Origin: an uncultured Planctomycetia bacterium
Lineage (GTDB): Bacteria; Omnitrophota; Gorgyraeia; CAYWPX01
DNA: 64,000 nt
Direction of reading: 5' to 3'
NCBI GenBank assembly: GCA_964460615.1
Contig: CAYWPX010000002.1
Coordinates: forward strand, 71,220-135,219
Below the pieces are notes generated by a model that was given only the letters and a program-made list of their open reading frames with translations, was not told the origin of the DNA and did not search any database. Positions 57,519 to 64,000 of the stretch are shown one piece after another; within the stretch, counting starts at the first letter, position 1; every line of letters begins with the position of its first letter. The position numbers and the translations under genes are program-made.

Positions 57519-58680
57519 CGGTTATGTTTAAACTTGCAGCTTTATATGCCGGATAAATAGTCGCTAAAAAAGTAATAACTATACTCGAAATCGCTATCGC
57601 CAGTACATCGGACTGGATAATAAGAACCGGTATCTTATCAATATAATAAATATCTTTCGGTATATCTACAAACTGGTATTTTTTAAGGACATTGGCCAAT
57701 AATATCCCCAGACCTACCCCGAGCCCAGTGCCCCCCAATCCTATCAATGTCCCGTTTAAGGCAAATATTGCCATTATGCTTCTTTTGGTAGCGCCGATAG
57801 CCCTTAATATCCCTATGTCTTTCGTCTTTTCCATCACTGTCATAATAAGCGATGTAGCAATATTTAGGGCAGCAACAATAACTATGAGGGTCAGTATAAC
57901 AAACATCGTAAGCTTCTCCAGCTTTAGAGCGCTGAAAAAACTCTTATTTGATTCCATCCACGTCCTGATCGTATAGTCATAACCAAGTATGGCTGCAATG
58001 TTATTTTTGACTTCTTCGGGGCTGAACCTGTCTTTTATCTTTATCTCAAACCCTCCGACAAGATCCCCGAGATTTAGTATACGCCTGGCATCCGGTATAT
58101 TGATAAAAACAATATTTGCATCGTAGTCATACATACCTGAATTAAAAAAAGCGGCTATTTTAAAGTCATAACTCTTATTTGTAACCGGAGAAACCAGCGA
58201 TATTGTACTGGATATATTCGCCCCGAATTTTTTCGCCAGCTCCGAACCCATGATAACTTCGCCCTCGGAAAGCCTGAATTCACCCTTGGTTATATATTTT
58301 TTTAGCGATGTGGTGTTCTTCTCAACGTCGATATCTATCCCCCTTATTATTACCCCGGCAGTCTTGGCATTATTCACCAAAAGTGCCTGTGCATTCACAA
58401 AAGGGGCAACGCTTTCAATTCCATTTACCCTAACCAGTTCTTCTGATAACGAAACATAGTCAGAGATCCCGGCCTCTTTCTCTACCAATATCTCGGAATT
58501 GAACCCGATTATTTTTTCCTTGAGCTCATTATCAAATCCGCTCATAACCGCAAGTACTACTATGAGTGCTGCGACTCCGATTGTTATGCCGGCTACGGAG
58601 ATCAGGCTTATAACAGAGATCAATGCATGCTTTTTTTTAGCAGTCAAAAATTTAAAGCTTAGAAATAATTCCCAGATCAT
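57499..58680 (-). CDS. lolC: lipoprotein-releasing system permease LolC/E-like (FtsX family)
   Basis: N-terminal TM, a large periplasmic MacB-like domain and three C-terminal TM helices (FtsX). Confidence 0.8.
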   Translation of the reverse strand: MIWELFLSFKFLTAKKKHALISVISLISVAGITIGVAALIVVLAVMSGFDNELKEKIIGFNSEILVEKEAGISDYVSLSEELVRVNGIESVAPFVNAQALLVNNAKTAGVIIRGIDIDVEKNTTSLKKYITKGEFRLSEGEVIMGSELAKKFGANISSTISLVSPVTNKSYDFKIAAFFNSGMYDYDANIVFINIPDARRILNLGDLVGGFEIKIKDRFSPEEVKNNIAAILGYDYTIRTWMESNKSFFSALKLEKLTMFVILTLIVIVAALNIATSLIMTVMEKTKDIGILRAIGATKRSIMAIFALNGTLIGLGGTGLGVGLGILLANVLKKYQFVDIPKDIYYIDKIPVLIIQSDVLAIAISSIVITFLATIYPAYKAASLNITDALRYE

Positions 58681-58700
58681 AATTTGGTTAATGGTTGTTA

Positions 58701-59148
58701 GTGAATTGTGAATAGTTAAAAAATAAATTGTTACAATAATTTAATTAAAGTCATGGTCATTCTATTTATCTTTTCAATCTTTTCCAATAACTCGCTTAAT
58801 TTCTGATTTGCTAAATAATTTAACTTGTTAGATATTATTAATTGCGTTTCAAGTTCGGCGCTACTTGACAAAGTAATAAATAGAAATTGCTTGAATTCTT
58901 TGTTATGGTGCCTCATAAATCCTTCTGCAATATTCGAAGGCACCGAAATACTAGATCGTCTTATTTGATTAACTAACCCATAAAGCTCGTGACTTGGAAA
59001 TTCTTTTGTAATTTTATATATTTCTTCAACTAACTCTATGCCTTCCTGCCAAATCCTTAAGTTCTTGAAATTCTTTATTTTTTTTCCATTCACTATTCAC
59101 GTTTTTTGGTTTTATTACAATTCACCAACTACTATTCACTATTCACGG
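58701..59148 (-). mobile_element. candidate small cassette: four-helix-bundle IVS-family gene bracketed by inverted GTGAAT-heptamer repeats
   Basis: Left end, plus strand: gtgaattgtgaatagtt (about 58701-58717). Right end, minus strand: gtgaattgtaat, gtgaatagtgaatgg (overlapping the GTG start) and gtgaatagtgaatag (last codons of lysS). Confidence 0.3.
58731..59093 (-). CDS. four-helix-bundle protein of the 23S rRNA intervening-sequence (IVS) protein family (Avd-like fold)
   Basis: NLRIWQEGIELVEEIYKITKEFPSHELYGLVNQIRRSSISVPSNIAEGF matches the IVS-protein signature (W-Q-x-A..L....Y..FP..E.Y.L..Q.RR...S...NIAEG). The apparent start is GTG. Confidence 0.75.
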   Translation of the reverse strand: MNGKKIKNFKNLRIWQEGIELVEEIYKITKEFPSHELYGLVNQIRRSSISVPSNIAEGFMRHHNKEFKQFLFITLSSSAELETQLIISNKLNYLANQKLSELLEKIEKINRMTMTLIKLL

Positions 59149-60571
59149 TTTTTAGTTGAGGAAATAAGATAACATCTCTTATTGAATCTGCACCGGTAAA
59201 AACCATGGCAATTCTGTCAATACCTATGCCAAGCCCGCCCGCAGGGGGCATGCCGTATTCAAGTGCTCTTACAAAATCCATATCAATTCTCTCTTTTTTG
59301 CCCTGGACTTCGGCTAAGAACCTTTCATACTGCTCAATTGGGTCATTGAGTTCTGAATAGGCATTTGCCACTTCAATACCGCCTATAAAAAGCTCGAATC
59401 TTTCAGAAATTTTCGGATTGCCGGGCTTATTTTTAGCTAAAGGGCAGAGCTCGCTGAACATCTCTGTCACAAAAACCGGATGCGCTTCGGCCTTCGGTTC
59501 AATCAGTTCGGCTATGATATTTAATAGCTGGGTCTTGCTGAGATCTTTTCCTTCTACCTCGACGCCATGGCTTTTCAGTTTCGGTATCCACTCTTTTACA
59601 TCGTCATCGGGTAAAATCCCGAATGTATCTTTCATAAGATCGGTAAAAGAGACCTTCTTAAAAACCGAAAAATCAACGGTCTTACCCATGAATTCAAACT
59701 GAAGTTTCCCAAAAATCTCTTTAGCTGTATTTGTCAAAAGCTCTTCGGTGAGACGGATCATCTCGTCGCAGTCTGCATAAGCGGTATAGACCTCTAACAT
59801 TGTAAATTCAGGATTGTGCCTGATAGAGATCCCTTCGTTTCTGAAGGATCTGTTTAATTCGTAGACCCTTTCAAAACCGCCTACCAGAAGCTTTTTCAAA
59901 TATAGCTCTGGAGCTATCCTTAAAAAAAGGTCCATATCCAAAGCCTCATGATGAGTAATAAAAGGCTTTCCGGCAGCTCCTCCGGCTATGGGGTGCATCA
60001 TTGGGGTCTCTACCTCCATGTAACCCTTGGAATCCAGATATCCCCTTATACTTTTAATTATCCTGCTCCTGTCATAGAAAGCCTTTTTCACATTATCATT
60101 CACTATCAAGTCTACATACCTCTGACGGTATCTCGTCTCAACATCTTTAAGGCCGTGCCATTTTTCAGGTAAAGGCCTAAGGCTTTTTGAAAGGATCGTA
60201 AAGTTATTAACCTTGATTGTAAGTTCACCGGTCCTGGTCTTAAATATTTCTCCTTTAACGCCGATAATATCGCCTATATCAAGCTTGCTTACCAAATCAT
60301 ACTGTTCAGAGCCTACAATATCCTCTTTAAAATAAAGCTGCAACTTGCCGGTCTCATCCCTTAGATCCATAAAAGTACTTTTGCCGTGATTCCGCATAGC
60401 CATAATACGGCCTGCGGCTACGGATGGCTTCCCTTCAGAGTATGTATCTACCAGCTCTTTTACCTGATTATGGTCAAAACGCCTGCCATAAGGCTCTATA
60501 TTTCTGGCTTTTATGGCCTCAAGCTTATTAAGGCGCTCCCTTATTAATTCGTTGGAATCCTGTATTTCCAT
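59132..60571 (-). CDS. lysS: lysyl-tRNA synthetase (class II)
   Basis: N-terminal OB anticodon-binding domain, class II motifs FRNEGIS..HNPEFTMLE and GGLGIGIDRIAM. Confidence 0.9.
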   Translation of the reverse strand: MEIQDSNELIRERLNKLEAIKARNIEPYGRRFDHNQVKELVDTYSEGKPSVAAGRIMAMRNHGKSTFMDLRDETGKLQLYFKEDIVGSEQYDLVSKLDIGDIIGVKGEIFKTRTGELTIKVNNFTILSKSLRPLPEKWHGLKDVETRYRQRYVDLIVNDNVKKAFYDRSRIIKSIRGYLDSKGYMEVETPMMHPIAGGAAGKPFITHHEALDMDLFLRIAPELYLKKLLVGGFERVYELNRSFRNEGISIRHNPEFTMLEVYTAYADCDEMIRLTEELLTNTAKEIFGKLQFEFMGKTVDFSVFKKVSFTDLMKDTFGILPDDDVKEWIPKLKSHGVEVEGKDLSKTQLLNIIAELIEPKAEAHPVFVTEMFSELCPLAKNKPGNPKISERFELFIGGIEVANAYSELNDPIEQYERFLAEVQGKKERIDMDFVRALEYGMPPAGGLGIGIDRIAMVFTGADSIRDVILFPQLKTVNSE

Positions 60572-60630
60572 AATTGCCCTCTAAACCAAATTTTTGTATA
60601 TATCTATATTATCATAAAACTTAGATTATA

Positions 60631-60659
60631 ATTATATCTTAACACTACCCCCGTGTCAA
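60631..60659 (-). promoter_or_regulatory. consensus sigma70 promoter (TTGACA-N17-TATAAT) for lysS
   Basis: The minus strand reads ttgacacgggggtagtgttaagatataat about 55 nt upstream of the lysS ATG, with RBS agaggg. Confidence 0.55.
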
Positions 60660-60754
60660 TGGATAATCATCTATAAACATCTGAATATTGATTTTGATAA
60701 AACCTAATACAAAAAAAAGAATAAATGGAGAAATTTAAAGAAGATTTAATAAAG

Positions 60755-62305
60755 TTAGGAAGTTCTGTTCAAATTTAACTGTTTATTGGGCTTAAACAGC
60801 CAGAAAAAACTAAAAATCGAAAATATCGCGCACAATAAAGCATAAATATCTCCGAAGGACCTATAGAATGACCATTCCCTAGAAATAGTTATTTCGGCGG
60901 TTTTATAACCCTCTATAAAAATCTCTTTGCCGAGGCTATTTTCCACCTTGGCAAATATTGCTCCCCTGGGATCAATAAAACACGAGAGCCCTGTATTTGC
61001 CGCCCTTACAACATTGACTCGATTCTCTACCGCTCTAAACACAGAGGCCTGCGCATGCTGATAAGGCGCAGATGTATCGCCAAACCATGCATCATTTGTT
61101 ATATTTATGATAAAATCGGCTCCATTTCTTACAAATCCATTGACCAATTCAGGGAATATATCCTCAAAACAAATAGTAACTCCGAAATCAATACCTTCTT
61201 TAAGGTTGAATATGGTATATTTTGTCCCGGGTGAATATTCCCCGACGGGATTCGGAATAAGTTCGCGTATAAAATACAAATTTGTCTCCAGAGGTATATA
61301 CTCTCCGAAAGGCACTAAATGCTGTTTACTGTACTTATCCAATACTTGACCCTTCGATTGTAAAATAACGCTATTGTAAATTTTTTCAAAATAATCCCCG
61401 AATGTAATTGTGGGGCTTCCGATAAGAAGTGGCATCGAAAGTTCATTGGACAAATCTTTTACGGCTTCATGGATATCTTTGTCGTCCTCCAAAAATCCCG
61501 GCACAGAAGTCTCGGGCCATACGATCAGTTCCGGGTTATCGCGGCTGGCTTCTTTGGTCAAGATAATATGCTTATCGAGGATTAATTTTCTGGTTTCAGG
61601 GGTGTTGGACCAATACCAGTTGAGCGGGATATTCCCCTGAATTACAGAAAGTCTGACTTTTGGGCCTTCCGGCTTTTCCCAAAGCCTAAAAAATCCATAT
61701 CCCAAAACTATTATGAGTACAATACCTGTAAAAATATAAGCGCTTTTTAAATGAGCCCAGGATCTTTTTTTATCTATAAATCTGTTTTTTACCAATATAA
61801 AAATCAGGTAATTAACCATTACAACCAAGCCGGAAACCATATATACCCCGCCTATATCGGCTATCTGGATAATTGGCAGTGTAAGATACTGCGAATACCC
61901 TAAAAGCGCCCAGCTTATGCCGGTAAGTACATAGTTTCTGGTTATTTCTAAACCGACCCAAAAGGCCGAAACCACGACTAAAGACAGCAATTCATTTTTG
62001 TCCGGAAGCAAAAATATTTTTTTGAGCACATAACCAAATACCAAGAAGTACAATCCGCCATAAAAAAATACAAAATACAATAAAGGCGTAACCTTATAAA
62101 TCCAGTAACATGTTAGACCAAAAAATAGAACACCTGATATATATGAGATAAACAACGCATTTTTTATAGACCTGGAATAAAAGACCGCTATCATAAGAGG
62201 GACCAGGCCCAAAAAGGCAAGAAATTCCAAATTTGCGTTTGGGAAACTCAATGTAAGCAGGATACTGCTAAAAATAGCTAAAAGAATTTGATATATAGTT
62301 TTCAT
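60755..62305 (-). CDS. lnt: apolipoprotein N-acyltransferase
   Basis: Eight-TM N-terminal region plus a C-terminal CN-hydrolase domain (VRLSVIQGNIP...WPETSVP...ICFEDIFPEL). Confidence 0.85.
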   Translation of the reverse strand: MKTIYQILLAIFSSILLTLSFPNANLEFLAFLGLVPLMIAVFYSRSIKNALFISYISGVLFFGLTCYWIYKVTPLLYFVFFYGGLYFLVFGYVLKKIFLLPDKNELLSLVVVSAFWVGLEITRNYVLTGISWALLGYSQYLTLPIIQIADIGGVYMVSGLVVMVNYLIFILVKNRFIDKKRSWAHLKSAYIFTGIVLIIVLGYGFFRLWEKPEGPKVRLSVIQGNIPLNWYWSNTPETRKLILDKHIILTKEASRDNPELIVWPETSVPGFLEDDKDIHEAVKDLSNELSMPLLIGSPTITFGDYFEKIYNSVILQSKGQVLDKYSKQHLVPFGEYIPLETNLYFIRELIPNPVGEYSPGTKYTIFNLKEGIDFGVTICFEDIFPELVNGFVRNGADFIINITNDAWFGDTSAPYQHAQASVFRAVENRVNVVRAANTGLSCFIDPRGAIFAKVENSLGKEIFIEGYKTAEITISREWSFYRSFGDIYALLCAIFSIFSFFWLFKPNKQLNLNRTS

Positions 62306-62370
62306 TCTTATGATTAGTTCTTTTGCCCTTTTCTATTCAACATTCTGTCGCACCATTCACTATTAACTAT

Positions 62371-64000
62371 CTACTGATTTATCCCGCAGCATTTTTTATA
62401 TTTTTTACCGCTGCCGCACGGACAAGGATCGTTCCTGCCTACTTTGGGAAACTCTCTTTTAAAGGGTTCCGCTTTCTCCTCAACAAGATCTTCCCCGTTT
62501 TGAAGCGCATTTTGAGCTTGCGTTTTCGGCAGATCTTTTATTGCCGCCGCCTCGGCATGAATGAGCTTCTGTGCATTAATATTAAAAACCGGGCGCCTCT
62601 CTTCTTCTTTGACTATCTGGACCTTGAACAGCTTTTCAATTGTCTCTTCTTTTACGGAATTCTCCATCTCAGAAAACATCGAATACGCTTCTCTTTTGTA
62701 TTCTATTAGAGGGTCCACCTGGCCATAGGCACGGAACCCTATCCATTCCCTCAGTTCATCCATATTCCTCAGATGCCTCTTCCACCAGGTGTCTATGGTC
62801 TGGAGCATTATGTATTTTTCTATCATTCTCATTCTCTCGGAATTGATAAAATTCTCTTTATCCTCATAAAGATGTTTTAATCTTTCAAGGATCTCATCTT
62901 CTATCTGAACGCGCCTGAGATTTTCAAAATCAATATCCGATATATCAAGCATTAATTTATTTCTTGCCCAGGTGATAAACACTTTTGTATCCCAGTCTTT
63001 AGGATGAATATCCTCTTTTAGGCATTGATCCATCTCGTCCAGTATAACTTCCTCTGCCATATTAAAAATTTCACTTTTAATGTCTATATCAAAGAGGACT
63101 TTCCTCCTGTAGTTGTAGACTTCCTTTCGCTGAACGTTCATTATATTGTCATACTCTATCAAATGTTTCCTTATCGAAAAATTGTGTTCTTCCACTCTTT
63201 TTTGCGCCGTCTCGATCGCCCGCGAAAGCATATTATGTTCGATCGGCATACCCTCTTCCCACTGAAAAAAATTCATTACTTTGGCGATCCTGTCAGAAGC
63301 AAATAACCTCATAAGGTCATCTTCCAGAGAAATAAAAAACCTGCTCGAGCCCGGATCTCCCTGCCTGCCTGCCCTGCCTCTTAACTGGTTGTCTATTCGT
63401 CTTGATTCATGGCGTTCTGTGCCTATAACATGCAAACCGCCCAGTTCAGTCACCCCTTCACCGAGAACTATATCGGTACCGCGGCCTGCCATATTCGTTG
63501 ATATGGTAACGCTGAATTTCTGCCCGGCCTTAGAAATTATTTCAGCTTCTTTTTCATGATACCTGGCATTTAAGACATTATGAGGGACTTCGTATCTTCT
63601 TAATAAACGGCTGAGTTTTTCTGATTTTTCTATTGTTACGGTCCCAACGAGAACTGGCCTTCCTACCTTATACAACTCTACGATCTCCCGACAAACGGCA
63701 TTATATTTTTCCCCCTCAGTCTTAAATATCAGATCATGATTTTCTGATCTTTTTAAAGGTTTATTGGTAGGGATTGCAATACTATCAAGGCTGTAAATTT
63801 TCTTAAATTCCTGCGCCTCGGTCATGGCGGTCCCTGTCATGCCGCTTAATTTCTCGTACATCCTGAAATAATTCTGGAAAGTTATGGTAGCGAGCGTCTG
63901 GGACTCTTTTTCAATAGTAACACTCTCTTTTGCTTCCAATGCCTCATGTATACCGTCTGAAAAACGCCTCCCCGGCATCATACGGCCGGTAAATTCGTCC
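62371..64000 (-). CDS. secA: preprotein translocase ATPase SecA, C-terminal approx. 540 aa (N-terminus beyond the window end)
   Basis: Helicase motor 2 region ([13 protein letters not shown]), helical scaffold/wing and the C-terminal zinc motif [14 protein letters not shown]. Confidence 0.9.
   Translation of the reverse strand, partial: DEFTGRMMPGRRFSDGIHEALEAKESVTIEKESQTLATITFQNYFRMYEKLSGMTGTAMTEAQEFKKIYSLDSIAIPTNKPLKRSENHDLIFKTEGEKYNAVCREIVELYKVGRPVLVGTVTIEKSEKLSRLLRRYEVPHNVLNARYHEKEAEIISKAGQKFSVTISTNMAGRGTDIVLGEGVTELGGLHVIGTERHESRRIDNQLRGRAGRQGDPGSSRFFISLEDDLMRLFASDRIAKVMNFFQWEEGMPIEHNMLSRAIETAQKRVEEHNFSIRKHLIEYDNIMNVQRKEVYNYRRKVLFDIDIKSEIFNMAEEVILDEMDQCLKEDIHPKDWDTKVFITWARNKLMLDISDIDFENLRRVQIEDEILERLKHLYEDKENFINSERMRMIEKYIMLQTIDTWWKRHLRNMDELREWIGFRAYGQVDPLIEYKREAYSMFSEMENSVKEETIEKLFKVQIVKEEERRPVFNINAQKLIHAEAAAIKDLPKTQAQNALQNGEDLVEEKAEPFKREFPKVGRNDPCPCGSGKKYKKCCGINQ

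Noticed and set aside
58731-59093. Diversity-generating retroelement (Avd-like protein)
   Set aside because: No reverse transcriptase, template repeat or variable repeat pair lies within several kb. The neighbours are lolC and lysS.
153-62370. Considered whether the short tandem repeats could be CRISPR arrays
   Set aside because: Units are 7-8 bp and degenerate. There are no 25-40 bp repeats with unique spacers and no cas genes.

Overview
This window is a roughly 64 kb, low-GC (about 37-38%) bacterial chromosomal segment. All recognisable genes, about 57, lie on the minus strand; I judge the plus-strand ORFs in the track to be antisense artefacts. The gene content is housekeeping and diderm-envelope. 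It includes an LPS inner-core and lipid-A block: an hldE fragment, an unknown gene, three GT9 heptosyltransferases, a CE4 deacetylase, a GT4, a GT4-GT9 fusion, an LpxL-ELM1 fusion, lpxK and waaA. After it come xerC, topA, dprA, then aroK-aroC-pilD-aroE, then leuA-ilvC-ilvN-ilvB-ilvD, a DUF1559 pilin-like protein, alr, tsaB, tsaE, thiL and mtnA. Next are a DUF362 ferredoxin, a CPBP protease, a TatD-radical SAM fusion, metG, yaaT, holB, tmk, cysS, cysE, ispF, ispD, yacL and radA, then mlaD-mlaF-mlaE, an AsmA-like protein and clpC-mcsB-mcsA. The window ends with a HAMP membrane protein, ilvE, lolD, lolC, a four-helix-bundle IVS-family protein, lysS, lnt and a partial secA. The DUF1559 pilin-like protein together with LPS, Lol, Lnt and Mla points to a PVC-superphylum or Omnitrophota-like organism; this is inference. 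I found no rRNA, tRNA or CRISPR array. The most unusual thing is at the DNA level. Nearly every intergenic spacer is built from short tandem arrays of imperfect 7-bp units, often as inverted arms forming long nested hairpins. These arrays fall into recurring families: a GTAC/CGTACGG-rich family with five copies, three of them directly upstream of ilvN, ilvB and ilvE; an ATGAGCT-heptad family with four copies; a TAGGGTTTAAGG family with two copies; and a GTGAAT family flanking the IVS-protein gene like terminal inverted repeats. Three near-consensus sigma70 promoters (TTGACA-N16/17-TATAAT) are visible. Hand-indexed coordinates of non-ORF features may be off by 1-2 bp.
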